NCBI GenBank assembly: GCA_965214705.1
Contig: OZ243972.1
Location: forward strand, 2,528,001 to 2,592,000
Direction: 5' to 3'
DNA length: 64,000 nucleotides
DNA from: Alphaproteobacteria bacterium
Lineage (GTDB): Bacteria; Pseudomonadota; Alphaproteobacteria; UBA828
The position numbers were made by a program, and so were the translations under genes. Of this stretch, positions 38,483-48,575 are shown piece by piece (position 1 is the first letter of the stretch; every line of letters starts with the position of its first letter). The notes under the pieces are model-generated. The model had not been told where the DNA came from. It ran no database searches and saw only the letters and a list, made by a program, of their open reading frames with translations.

Positions 38483-39013
38483 TTGCTGGACTGGCGGGAA
38501 GAGCCGATCGGCCGCCATCACGACCGCAGATGCTTCGATTGCGGGGTCGAGGACCTCAACATCTATCTCAGCCGCTACGCCCGGCAGAACCACGAGTCAG
38601 GCGGCGCCAAGACCTTTGTCGCCGTGCCCGCGGCGGAACCGGCCCGTGTTCTCGGCTTCTATACAATCAGCCCCGGCGCCATCGCGTTCGCCGACGTGCC
38701 CGGCGCCTTGACCAGAAAGCTCGGCCGCTACGATGTGCCTGTCTTTCGCCTCGGGCGCCTCGCGATCGATCGATCCGTGCAGGGCAGGGGGCTCGGAGGC
38801 GACCTGCTACTGGCCGCCAGCGTGCGGGCTCTTGCCGTTGCCGCAGAGGTGGGGGGCGTTGCTCTTGCCATCGATGCAAAGGACCGGAGCGCGGTGCGAT
38901 GGTATGAGCGTTTCGGCGCCATGCCCCTGCTCGACGATCCACTCAAGCTCATCCTGCCCCTCGCCGTCATCGCCGAGGCGGTCTCCGCAGAGAGCTTGCC
39001 AGAAGGCGGCTAA
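38483..39013 (+). CDS. GNAT acetyltransferase toxin (TacT/AtaT-like)
   Basis: HDRRCFDCGVEDLN.YL, LGRLAID..QGRGLG, IDAKD, WYERFG. Confidence 0.9.
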   Translation: MLDWREEPIGRHHDRRCFDCGVEDLNIYLSRYARQNHESGGAKTFVAVPAAEPARVLGFYTISPGAIAFADVPGALTRKLGRYDVPVFRLGRLAIDRSVQGRGLGGDLLLAASVRALAVAAEVGGVALAIDAKDRSAVRWYERFGAMPLLDDPLKLILPLAVIAEAVSAESLPEGG

Positions 39014-39059
39014 TCCGGGTCCACTGCGCCGGGCTTCCCTCAACCGCGAAGGTTACCCC

Positions 39060-40205
39060 ATGACGCTCACCGCCAACTGGTCCTATCCCACTGCCATCCG
39101 CTTCGGCGCAGGCCGCGTTGCCGAGCTGCCGGCCGCCTGTGCCGACGCCGGCATCCAAAGGCCGCTCTTCGTGACCGACCGCGGCTTGGCCTCGCTGCCC
39201 ATGACGCAGGCCGCACTCGACATCCTGGAGGAAAGCGGTCTCGGTCGCGCGGCCTTCACCGAGGTCGACGCCAATCCCACCGACAAGAACCTCGATGCCG
39301 GCGTCGCCGCCTTTCGCGAAGGCGGCCATGACGGCGTGGTTGCCTTTGGCGGCGGCTCGGCGCTCGACCTCGGCAAGATGGTCGCCTTCATGGCCGGCCA
39401 GACCCGCCCGGTCTGGGACTTCGAGGACGTGGGCGACTGGTGGACCCGCGCGGACGCGGACGCTATCGCGCCGAGCGTGGCAGTGCCCACCACCGCCGGC
39501 ACCGGGTCCGAGGTGGGCCGCGCCAGCGTCGTCACCAACTCCGAGACGCGGGTGAAGAAAATTATTTTTCACCCAAATGTGCTGCCCGTGGTGGTCATCT
39601 CCGACCCCGAGCTCACCGTCGGCATGCCGAAGCCGATCACGGCGGGCACGGGGATGGACGCCCTGGCTCACTGCCTGGAGGCCTATTGCTCGCCCTTCTA
39701 TCACCCGATGGGGCAGGGCATCGCGCTGGAGGGGATGCGCCTCGTCCACGAAAACCTGTGCCGCGCCTACGCCGATGGAGGCGACCTAGAGGCACGCGGC
39801 CACATGATGGCCGCCGCCAGCATGGGAGCCACGGCGTTCCAGAAGGGCCTCGGCGCGATCCATGCGCTGAGCCACCCGGTGGGCGCGGTGTTCGACACTC
39901 ACCACGGCACCACCAACGCCTGTGTCATGCCCTACGTGCTCGACATGAACCGGCCTGCGGTGGAGGAAAGGCTCACGCATGCCGCCGCCTATCTCGGGAT
40001 CAAGGGCGGCTATATGGGCTTCCACGAGCGTGTGCTGGAGCTGCGCGAGACGCTGGGCATCCCTAAGACGCTGAGCGCGATGGGCGTCACCGCCGACCGC
40101 CTCGACGACCTCACTCGGATGGCCCTCGACGACCCCACGGCCGGCGGCAACCCGGTGCCCATGACGGCGGAGAACACGCGGGCGCTATTGGAGGCGTGTT
40201 TCTAG
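39060..40205 (+). CDS. Iron-containing alcohol dehydrogenase
   Basis: NWSYPTAIRFG, FGGGS, PTTAGTGSE, GMDALAH, HALSH, HHG; start at ATG 39060. Confidence 0.92.
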   Translation: MTLTANWSYPTAIRFGAGRVAELPAACADAGIQRPLFVTDRGLASLPMTQAALDILEESGLGRAAFTEVDANPTDKNLDAGVAAFREGGHDGVVAFGGGSALDLGKMVAFMAGQTRPVWDFEDVGDWWTRADADAIAPSVAVPTTAGTGSEVGRASVVTNSETRVKKIIFHPNVLPVVVISDPELTVGMPKPITAGTGMDALAHCLEAYCSPFYHPMGQGIALEGMRLVHENLCRAYADGGDLEARGHMMAAASMGATAFQKGLGAIHALSHPVGAVFDTHHGTTNACVMPYVLDMNRPAVEERLTHAAAYLGIKGGYMGFHERVLELRETLGIPKTLSAMGVTADRLDDLTRMALDDPTAGGNPVPMTAENTRALLEACF

Positions 40206-40288
40206 GCTCCCGCCGGGGCGCCAAGGCGTCGGCGGCGTTCCACCGCCGACACTGGCCTTGGCCGTTTACGCCCGCTACCGTGCGGCCG

Positions 40289-41296
40289 ATGCCGGCAGCG
40301 CCGCCAGAGAATAAGAACGCCAACCAAGGCGGCGCGCCGGATGGAGGCACGGCCGACACGGGGCGTCTGCGCGGGCGCGCCCTGGTCGTGCCGACGCTGC
40401 TCCTCCTCCTCGGCGGTATCTCCTACGGCGGTATCTTCTCGGCCAACAAGCTCGCGGCCGGGGTTTCCTTCCCCGTCTTTGCCTATACCTTCTGGATCGC
40501 GCTCTTCGCCGGCCTCGCGCTGCTGATGGTGTGTGCCGTCACCCGCAATCTGCCGCCCGTAAGTCGGGCGCACCTCCTGCAATATCTCCGCCTCGCCCTG
40601 CTCGCGGTGATGCTGCCGGTGCTGGCGACCGCCTTCGCCGCGCGCGAGCTGCCGGCCGGAGTCATCACCCTGGTGCTCACCCTGGTGCCGGGGGTCACTT
40701 ATCTGATGTCCTTCGCCATACGGATGGAGCGCTTCGAGGCGCTGAGCCTCGCAGGCCTCGCCCTCGGCGCAGGCGGCGTGCTGCTGATCGTGTTGCCCGA
40801 GCAGAGCCTGCCGGACGCCGGCGCCTGGGTCTGGATGCTGGTCGCGCTGGTGGCGGCTATCGCCGCGGCGGGCTCCAACGTCGTGGCCGCCGCCTACCGC
40901 CCGCCGCAGACGCATTCGCTCGCGCTCGCCTGCGGCATCCTGCTCGCCGCTGCGGTGGTGATGCTGCCGGTGATGCTGGTGGCGGACGGTCCCTATCTCT
41001 TCGCCGACGCGGGCTGGCCGGGCATTGCCGGCATGGCCTGGGCTGCGGCGATCCACTGCGTCACCTTCTACTGCTTCCAGGAGGTGACGCGGCGCGCCGG
41101 CGCGGTCTTCTTCGCGCAGTTCAACTACTTGGTGGTCGCCGCCGGCATCTTCTGGGCGCTCCTGCTCTTCAATGAAACGCTCAGCATCTGGGTGTGGGCG
41201 GCGCTCGGGTGCATGGTGGTCGGCATCTGGCTGGTCAACACCGGAGCCCGGCGCCGCACGGCCGGTGCCCCGCGGCGCGCAGAGGGCGCCTCGTGA
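40289..41296 (+). CDS. DMT/EamA-family transporter
   Basis: About 10 hydrophobic segments in two repeats, ERF and LFNE motifs; start uncertain. Confidence 0.85.
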   Translation: MPAAPPENKNANQGGAPDGGTADTGRLRGRALVVPTLLLLLGGISYGGIFSANKLAAGVSFPVFAYTFWIALFAGLALLMVCAVTRNLPPVSRAHLLQYLRLALLAVMLPVLATAFAARELPAGVITLVLTLVPGVTYLMSFAIRMERFEALSLAGLALGAGGVLLIVLPEQSLPDAGAWVWMLVALVAAIAAAGSNVVAAAYRPPQTHSLALACGILLAAAVVMLPVMLVADGPYLFADAGWPGIAGMAWAAAIHCVTFYCFQEVTRRAGAVFFAQFNYLVVAAGIFWALLLFNETLSIWVWAALGCMVVGIWLVNTGARRRTAGAPRRAEGAS

Positions 41297-41373
41297 TCGG
41301 CGCCGCATGCCCGATCGCGCTCACGGCTACGGTGCCTGCTACAATCGGCGGTACATAGCGATCCTGGAGGCGA

Positions 41374-42327
41374 GTGGTGCGCGCGATCTTCTTCGACTGT
41401 CCTTCCTTCCTGGCCGAGCTCTACGACGACGAGCTCAAGGCGATTGTCCCCGATCTGGCCATGACCATCGACGACGTGCCGGGCGATGACGTTGCGGCCT
41501 ACGTCGGCGATGCGGTCGGCGTCATCAACGACCACACCTACATGACGGAGGAGGTGCTCGCCGCCTGCCGCGCGTTGAAGGTCATTGTCTTCATGGGCAC
41601 CGGCGCCTCGAGCTACATCGACGTGGCGGCGACGCAAAAGCTCGGCATCGAGGTGCGCACCATCAAGGGCTACGGCGACGTCACGGTGGCCGAGCACGCG
41701 CTCGCGCTGATGTTCGATTGCGGCCGCCAGACCGCGCGGATGGACCGCGCGCTGCGCGGCGGCTCGTGGCGCACGCTGGACGGCGTCGAGTTCGCGGGCA
41801 AGACCCTGGGCGTGGTCGGCACCGGCGGCGTCGGCCGCGAGATGGTGCGCCTCGGCAACGGGATTGGCATGAACGTCATCGCCTGGAACCGGAGCGGCGT
41901 ACCCGCCGACCTCCCGTGCCAGGCGGCGGAGACCCTCGACGCGCTGCTCGGAGAGTCCCACGTTGTCTCGCTTCATCTCGGCCTCAACGACGAGACCAGG
42001 GGCATCATCGACGCGCGCCGCCTCGCCCTGATGCGCCCCGGCGCCATGCTCATCAACACCGCGCGCGGCGCCGTCATCGACGAGGCGGCCCTGATCGAGA
42101 CCATGCAGGCCGGCAGGATCCGGGCAGCCGGCCTCGATGTTTTCGCCGACGAGCCAATCGACGGGACTCATCCCCTGGCGCAACTGGAGAACGTGACGCT
42201 GACGCCCCACGCCGCCTTCATGACCGCCGAGGCCTCCTACCGCCTGTTGCGCATGGCACTGGAGCTGATGCGCGACGCGCTGGATGGCCTGGGCCTGCCG
42301 GCGCCAAGCGCAGGCGGCGGCGCATGA
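41374..42327 (+). CDS. D-isomer-specific 2-hydroxyacid dehydrogenase family
   Basis: VAEHA, GVVGTGGVG, SLH, INTARG, LDVF..EP, TPH. Confidence 0.9.
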   Translation: MVRAIFFDCPSFLAELYDDELKAIVPDLAMTIDDVPGDDVAAYVGDAVGVINDHTYMTEEVLAACRALKVIVFMGTGASSYIDVAATQKLGIEVRTIKGYGDVTVAEHALALMFDCGRQTARMDRALRGGSWRTLDGVEFAGKTLGVVGTGGVGREMVRLGNGIGMNVIAWNRSGVPADLPCQAAETLDALLGESHVVSLHLGLNDETRGIIDARRLALMRPGAMLINTARGAVIDEAALIETMQAGRIRAAGLDVFADEPIDGTHPLAQLENVTLTPHAAFMTAEASYRLLRMALELMRDALDGLGLPAPSAGGGA

Positions 42328-45300
42328 GCATGGCACCCGCCCGCGGCCGGCTCGGGGTCGATGTCGGCGGCACCTTCACCGACCTGCTGCTGGTCGATCC
42401 GGACTCGGCGGGCATGCGCATCGCCAAGGTGCCCTCGACCCCGGCCGACCAATCGGACGGCTTCATGGCGGGCCTCGCCGCGCTCGGAGATGGGACAGCG
42501 GGCGGGTTCGAGACGGTCGTTCACGGCACCACGGTCGGCACCAACGCCGTGCTGGAGCGCAAGGGCGTGCGCTGCGCCCTCGTCACCACCCAGGGCTTTC
42601 GCGACACGCTGGAGCTCGGCCGGCGCACGCGGCCCAACCCGTGGGGCATGTTCGGCAGCTTCGCCCCCATCGTGCCACGCGAGCGCCGCTTCGAGGTGGC
42701 GGAGAGGATCGACGCCTCGGGCGCGGTGGTGACCCCGCTCGACGAAGACGAGGTCCGTGTGGCGGTCGAGGCGGCCCGCGCGGCCGGTGCCGAGGCTTTG
42801 GTCATTCACTTCGTCCACGCCTACCTCAATCCCGATCACGAGCGACGGGCCGGCGCGATTGCCCGTGAGGTCTGGCCCGATGCCCTGATCACGCTGGGCT
42901 CCGACATCTTGCGGGAGGTGCGGGAGTTCGAGCGGGGCAGCACCGCCGCGCTCAACGGCTACATCCAGCCCATCATGACCCGCTATCTCGAACGCATTGC
43001 GGGCCGGCTCAAGACCGGCGCGGTCGAGTCCGAGCTGCTGGTGATGCAGGGCAACGGCGGCATGATGACCGCCGGCATTGCGGGCGAGAAGGCGGTGCAG
43101 ACGGTCATGTCGGGGCCGGCCGCCGGCGTCATCGCCGCTGCCCACCTGGGTGCCGCCGCCGGCTTCCCCAACCTCATCAGCTGCGACATGGGCGGCACCA
43201 GCTTCGACATCGCCATCGTGCAGGGCGGCGTGCCGGCCACCACGACGGAGAAGGACATCGCCTACGGCATGCCGCTTCGCGTGCCGATGGTGGACATTCA
43301 GACCATCGGCGCCGGCGGGGGCAGCATCGCGCGGGTCGACGAGGGCGGCATCCTGCGCGTAGGCCCTGAGAGCGCGGGCGCGGCGCCGGGGCCGATCTGC
43401 TACGGCAGGGGCGGGCAGGAGCCCACGGTGACCGACGCCAATCTGCTGCTCGGCCGCATCGACCCCGGCGCTATCGGCGGCCTGGAGAGCCCACCGGATA
43501 TCGACGAGGTGCGCCGCATCGTCCGCGGGAAGATCGGCGACCCGCTCGGCCTCGACGAGGCGGAGGCGGCGGCCGCGATCCTGCGCGTGGTGGACCATCA
43601 GATGGCGGGCGCGGCGCGGCTGGTCTCCGTGGACAAGGGTCACGACCCGCGCGATTTCGCCCTCTTCGCCTTCGGCGGCGCGGGGCCGATGCACGCCACG
43701 GCCATCGCCCGCGAGCTCGGCGTGCCCCACGTGCTGGTACCGCGCTATCCCGGCATCACGTCGGCGCTCGGCTGCGTGCTGGCCGACGTGCGCCATGACT
43801 TCGTGCGCACCCTACACCAGCCGCTCGAAGACGTGGACCCCGAGGCAGCCGACCGCATCCTGGCGGAGCAGGCGGCGGACGGCCGCACCCTGCTCGCGCA
43901 GGAGGGGGTGACGGTCGCTGCCGTGGAGGTGGAGCGCGAAGCGGACCTCTTCTACCGCGGGCAGAGTCATGTCTTCCGCGTGTCGGTGGGAGACGAGGGC
44001 TTCGACGCGGCGGCTGTCCGCGACGCCTTCGCGGCGCTCTACCGCGAGCGCTTCGACATCGTGCTGCCGGAGATGCAGCCGATCCTGGTCAACCTGCGGA
44101 CCACCGTGCGCGGCATCCGCCCGCCGCTCGACCTCACGCTCTCCGCCGACAGGACCGGGACGACGGTGGAGGCGGCGCTGGTCGAAACCCGCCCGGTCTA
44201 CTTCGACGGCGCCTGGGTCGATACGCCCATTTATCAGCGCGAACGGCTGCCGGCCGAAGCGGCGCTAACCGGGCCTGCGGTCATCCAACAGCTCGACACC
44301 ACGATCCTGGTAGAGCCCGGCTCGCAAGCTCGCTCAGACGCCCTCGGCAACCTTGTCCTTACCGTGCCCCAAGCCAAGGAGGAGGCTCAAGCCGGTGCCG
44401 CCGGCGCTTTCGACCCGGTCACGCTTGCGGTGATCGAGAGCGGCCTGCAGCAGGTCTCGAGCGAGATGGACCTGGTGCACCAGCGCACCTCGTTCTCCCC
44501 GGTGATCTCGGAGGGCTTCGACCGCTCCAACGGCATCTACGATCCCGAAACCGGTCAGATCATCGCGCAGGGCGAGCTCGGCCTGCCCATCTTCCTCGGT
44601 GTCATGCAGTCGACCACCCAGGCGGTGATCGAGGCGCGCGACGACCTGGAACCCGGCGACATCGTGATGGTCAACGACCCCTATTTCGGCGGCACCCATC
44701 TGATGGACGTCAAGATGGTGAAGCCCTTCTTCTACAGGGGCCGGCTCTGGGCCTATCTCTCCAACACCGGCCACTGGCCCGACACCGGCGGCATGGTGCC
44801 GGGCGGTTTTCCCTCCCAGGCTACGGAAATCCAGCAGGAGGGGCTCAGGCTGCCACCGGTGAAGCTCCACCGGCGCGGCGTGCTCGACGACGACATCATG
44901 CAGATCGTGCTCGCCAACATCCGCGTGCCGGAGGAGCGCATCGGCGATATCCGCGCCCAGATCGGCGCGCTCTCGGTCGGCGAGCGGCGCCTTACCCAGC
45001 TTCTGGACAAGCACGGCGAGGAGACCGTGAACGCCGCCATCGAGGTGCTCAAGGAGCGTTCGGAGCGCCGGATGCGCGCTCACATCGCCTCCGTCCCCGA
45101 CGGCGAGTACGTCTTCTCAAGTTATATGGACTCAGACGGCGTCGACGACGCGCCGCTGGAAGTCTGCGCCAGGGTCACGGTGGAGGGCAGCGACCTGAGC
45201 GTGGACTTCTCGGACTCCAGCCCGCTTTGCCGAGGGCCGGTCAACTCGGTCTGGGCGACCACGCTGGCCTCGGTTTACTGCGCGATCAAGCACATCTTCC

Positions 45301-46094
45301 CGGACGTGCCGATCAACGCCGGCTGCTTCCGCCCCATCGCCGTGACGCCGCCGCACGGCACCTTCCTCTATGCCGAATACCCGAGGCCGGTCTCGGGCTG
45401 CGCGGCGGAGACGGCGCAGCGCATCATGGAGGCGGTGTTCGGCGCCATGGGCCAGGCCATGCCGGAACGCATGTTCGCAGCACCCGCCGGCACCAGCGGC
45501 AATTTCAGCCTCGGCGGCGAGGACCCTGCCGAGGGGCGCCGCTACGTCATGTACATCTTCTCGGGCGGCGGCTACGGCGGCTGGTGGGAGGACGACGGCC
45601 TCACCAACGGCTGTTCGTCCGTCGGCATCTCCAAGACCCAGCCGGCGGAAATCCTGGAGCAGCACTACCCGATCCTCTTCGAGGAATACGCGCTGCGCGA
45701 GGGCTCCGGCGGCGCCGGGCGGCATCGGGGCGGGTTCGGCGTGAGCTACCGCGTGCGCCTGCTGCGTGGCGAAGCCAAGGCGTCCTTCATGATGGACCAC
45801 GGCCGCACCGGCCCGCATGGCCTGGCCGGCGGCCTGCCGGGCGCCTGCAACCAAATCGAAGTCCGCCGCGGCAACCAAGTGGAGGAGCCGCCCCATCTCT
45901 CCAAGGGTGAGGGCTACGACTTGAAGCCGGGCGACACGGTGCAGGTGCGAACCCCTGGCGGCGGCGGTCTCGGTGATCCGCGCACCCGCTTGCGTTCGCG
46001 CGTCACCACCGACCTAAGCCGCGGCTACCTGACCGAGGCCGAGGCGGCGCGCGACTACGGCTACGACCCAGGCGCGGACGAGGCAGCGGAATAG
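42324..46094 (+). CDS. Fused hydantoinase A + B (5-oxoprolinase-like, ATP-dependent)
   Basis: GVDVGGTFTD, HGTT, SGPAAG, DMGGTS, GAGGGS; then NDPYFGGTHLMD, HWPDTGG, GGAGRHRGG, TPGGGG; ATGA overlap at 42324. Confidence 0.92.
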   Translation: MSMAPARGRLGVDVGGTFTDLLLVDPDSAGMRIAKVPSTPADQSDGFMAGLAALGDGTAGGFETVVHGTTVGTNAVLERKGVRCALVTTQGFRDTLELGRRTRPNPWGMFGSFAPIVPRERRFEVAERIDASGAVVTPLDEDEVRVAVEAARAAGAEALVIHFVHAYLNPDHERRAGAIAREVWPDALITLGSDILREVREFERGSTAALNGYIQPIMTRYLERIAGRLKTGAVESELLVMQGNGGMMTAGIAGEKAVQTVMSGPAAGVIAAAHLGAAAGFPNLISCDMGGTSFDIAIVQGGVPATTTEKDIAYGMPLRVPMVDIQTIGAGGGSIARVDEGGILRVGPESAGAAPGPICYGRGGQEPTVTDANLLLGRIDPGAIGGLESPPDIDEVRRIVRGKIGDPLGLDEAEAAAAILRVVDHQMAGAARLVSVDKGHDPRDFALFAFGGAGPMHATAIARELGVPHVLVPRYPGITSALGCVLADVRHDFVRTLHQPLEDVDPEAADRILAEQAADGRTLLAQEGVTVAAVEVEREADLFYRGQSHVFRVSVGDEGFDAAAVRDAFAALYRERFDIVLPEMQPILVNLRTTVRGIRPPLDLTLSADRTGTTVEAALVETRPVYFDGAWVDTPIYQRERLPAEAALTGPAVIQQLDTTILVEPGSQARSDALGNLVLTVPQAKEEAQAGAAGAFDPVTLAVIESGLQQVSSEMDLVHQRTSFSPVISEGFDRSNGIYDPETGQIIAQGELGLPIFLGVMQSTTQAVIEARDDLEPGDIVMVNDPYFGGTHLMDVKMVKPFFYRGRLWAYLSNTGHWPDTGGMVPGGFPSQATEIQQEGLRLPPVKLHRRGVLDDDIMQIVLANIRVPEERIGDIRAQIGALSVGERRLTQLLDKHGEETVNAAIEVLKERSERRMRAHIASVPDGEYVFSSYMDSDGVDDAPLEVCARVTVEGSDLSVDFSDSSPLCRGPVNSVWATTLASVYCAIKHIFPDVPINAGCFRPIAVTPPHGTFLYAEYPRPVSGCAAETAQRIMEAVFGAMGQAMPERMFAAPAGTSGNFSLGGEDPAEGRRYVMYIFSGGGYGGWWEDDGLTNGCSSVGISKTQPAEILEQHYPILFEEYALREGSGGAGRHRGGFGVSYRVRLLRGEAKASFMMDHGRTGPHGLAGGLPGACNQIEVRRGNQVEEPPHLSKGEGYDLKPGDTVQVRTPGGGGLGDPRTRLRSRVTTDLSRGYLTEAEAARDYGYDPGADEAAE

Positions 46095-46220
46095 ACCCGA
46101 GAGAAGGTCGCTAGCATCTGCCTGGTGCACTGCACAACGTTGACTCGCACGGCCTTCCTCTCCACACTCCGCCCGCTTGCTGAGGGCCGGCGGCAGAAGC
46201 CGGACGAGGAGGGAGACGGC

Positions 46221-46436
46221 ATGCGCTTTTCCGACAACGGGTATTACATCGAGCGCTACGTGAAGTGCGACAACTGCGGCGTGCTCATCTACGACGAGGG
46301 CATCTCCGCTACGGTGAAGGGCAAGGACCAGCTCTTCTGCTCCGATTGGTGCGTCCAGTGGTTCACGGCGCGGGCCAACGGCGTCGAGCAGCCGCGCATT
46401 CCGCTTCCCAAGCAGGGCATCCACGAGACCGGCTGA
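46221..46436 (+). CDS. 71-aa Cys-rich protein, TRASH/YHS-like metal-binding
   Basis: KCDNCG...LFCSDWC; SD GAGGAGGGAG before ATG 46221; typical codon usage. Confidence 0.75.
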   Translation: MRFSDNGYYIERYVKCDNCGVLIYDEGISATVKGKDQLFCSDWCVQWFTARANGVEQPRIPLPKQGIHETG

Positions 46437-46493
46437 GCGCGCGGCACCGCGCAACGCATCCGATCAACCCACCGGCCGACGGGGTAGGGCACC

Positions 46494-48533
46494 ATGAGCG
46501 ATCTGGTCGGGATCGACGTGGGCGGAACCTTCACGGACTTCGTTCGCTACGATCCCGAGACCCAGGCCGTCGACGTCTGGAAAACGCTGTCCACCCCGGC
46601 GGACCCGATCGACGGCATTGTCGACGGGCTGGACCGCTCCGGCGACGTGAGCGGCATCGGCAACATTCGCTTCGGCACCACCATCGCCACCAACGCGATC
46701 CTGGAGCGCAAGGGCGCGACGGTCGCCTACCTGACGACCACCGGGTTTCGCGACGTGCCCTTCATCCAGCGGGGCAAGCGCAAGAGCCATTACGACATCA
46801 CCTGGGTCAAGGCCAAGCCGCTGGTGATGCGGCGCCACTGCTACGAGGTTGACGAGCGAATTCTGGCGCGGGGCGAGGTCTACCACCCGCTCGATACCGA
46901 GCGCGTCCGCGCCATCGCCCGCGAGATCAAGGCCCTCGGTCGTGTCGAGGCAGTCGCCATCAACTTCCTCTTCTCCTTCGTGACGCCCGACCATGAGCGC
47001 ACGGCCCGGCAAATCTTCGCCGAAGAGTGCCCCGACATCCCGGTCAGCATCTCCTATGAGGTGCTGCCCAAGTGGAAGGAGTTCGAGCGCTCGTCCACAA
47101 CCATCACCGACGCCTACATCAAGCCCGTCGTGGGCCACCATCTCGGCGCCATGCGGACGCGGCTCGACGAGAAGGGCATCACCCGCCAGATCGCGGTCAT
47201 CAGATCCAACGGCGGCGAGATGACCCTGGAGGGGGCCGCCCGCCACCCCATTCAGATGACCCTATCAGGCCCAACCGGAGGCGTGGTCGGCGCCAAGCAG
47301 ATCGCCCGCAGCGTCGGCGTCGATCACCTGGTCACCCTCGACATGGGCGGCACATCGACGGATGTCTCCACCGTGGTCGGCGGCAACGAGAGCTTCACCA
47401 CGAGCTTCGAGATCGAGTTCGGCCTGCCGATCCAGATTCCCATGATCGACATCCGCACCATGGGCGCGGGCGGCGGCTCTCTGGCCTGGATCGACAAGGG
47501 CGGCATGCTGCGCATGGGGCCGGAGAGCGCGGGCGCCAATCCGGGGCCTGCCTGCTACGGCCTCGGCGGCACCCAGGCGACCGCGACCGACGCCAACCTC
47601 GTGCTCGGGCGCATCAATCCCGCAAACTTCCTCGGTGGCGCCATGGCGCTCGACGCAGGCGCCGCGTCGAAGGCCATCTCGGAGGTCGCGTCGGCGATCG
47701 ACAGGCCGGTCGAAGCAACCGCGCTCGCCATGGTGCAGATCGCCAACAACAACATGATCGGCGCGCTGCGCTCAGTGCTTACCGAGCGCGGCCTCGACCC
47801 GCGCGACTTCACCCTGCTGGCCTTCGGCGGTGCCGGCCCGGTGCATGTTGCCGATCTCATGGTCCACGCCAATATCCCGAGTGGCATCGTGCCCAACCAT
47901 CCGGGCCAGTTCTCGGCCTTCGGCTTCCTGATGACCGACGCCAGGGTCGACCTGGAGCGGACGGCGCAGATGACCTCGGCAGCCTTCGATGCGGACCATG
48001 CCAACCGCGTGCTCTCGGACCTGATCCGCGAGAGCATCGCCGCGCTCGAGGAGCAGGGCTACACCGAGAACATCGAGATCCACCGCTCGCTGGAGATGCG
48101 CTATCTCGGGCAGAACCACGAGCTCGACGTGCCCATCGCCTTCGACCGCTTCGACGAGAGCACAATGCCGGGGCTGTGGGAGGCATTCCATCGGGCGCAC
48201 CACGACCGCTTCAATTTCGACATTCCCGGCGAGAAGATCGAGATGACCTCGGTCAAGGTTACCGCAGTGTCGGTGACCGACAAGCTGCAGCTTGCCGAGA
48301 TCGGCGAGACCAAAGGCGAGCCGGAGCCGGCGGCCACGCGCCGCGTTCTGTTCGAGGAAGGCTGGGCGGAGACTCCGGTCCACGACCGCGCCCAACTCCG
48401 CGAGGGCCACCGCTTCGAGGGCCCGGCGCTGATCGAGGAACCCGCCTCGGTCACGGTCATCCGCCCCGGCCAGCCGGTGCGCATCGACCGTTACGGCAAT
48501 ATCTTGATCGGCGAGATCGCGCGTCGAGCTTGA
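46494..48533 (+). CDS. Hydantoinase/oxoprolinase subunit A (ATP-binding)
   Basis: GIDVGGTFTD, SGPTGG, DMGGTSTD, GAGGGS, GPESAGA.PGP. Confidence 0.92.
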   Translation: MSDLVGIDVGGTFTDFVRYDPETQAVDVWKTLSTPADPIDGIVDGLDRSGDVSGIGNIRFGTTIATNAILERKGATVAYLTTTGFRDVPFIQRGKRKSHYDITWVKAKPLVMRRHCYEVDERILARGEVYHPLDTERVRAIAREIKALGRVEAVAINFLFSFVTPDHERTARQIFAEECPDIPVSISYEVLPKWKEFERSSTTITDAYIKPVVGHHLGAMRTRLDEKGITRQIAVIRSNGGEMTLEGAARHPIQMTLSGPTGGVVGAKQIARSVGVDHLVTLDMGGTSTDVSTVVGGNESFTTSFEIEFGLPIQIPMIDIRTMGAGGGSLAWIDKGGMLRMGPESAGANPGPACYGLGGTQATATDANLVLGRINPANFLGGAMALDAGAASKAISEVASAIDRPVEATALAMVQIANNNMIGALRSVLTERGLDPRDFTLLAFGGAGPVHVADLMVHANIPSGIVPNHPGQFSAFGFLMTDARVDLERTAQMTSAAFDADHANRVLSDLIRESIAALEEQGYTENIEIHRSLEMRYLGQNHELDVPIAFDRFDESTMPGLWEAFHRAHHDRFNFDIPGEKIEMTSVKVTAVSVTDKLQLAEIGETKGEPEPAATRRVLFEEGWAETPVHDRAQLREGHRFEGPALIEEPASVTVIRPGQPVRIDRYGNILIGEIARRA

Positions 48534-48575
48534 CCCCTATCGGAGCCCGCGTGCGGGCGAGGAAAGGAACCGGTC

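Noticed and set aside
41718-42323. N-terminal extensions in the ORF track (also 38733, 19809, 17119, 18065, 20220 starts)
   Set aside because: They overlap real upstream genes; internal starts with SD or stop-start overlap fit better
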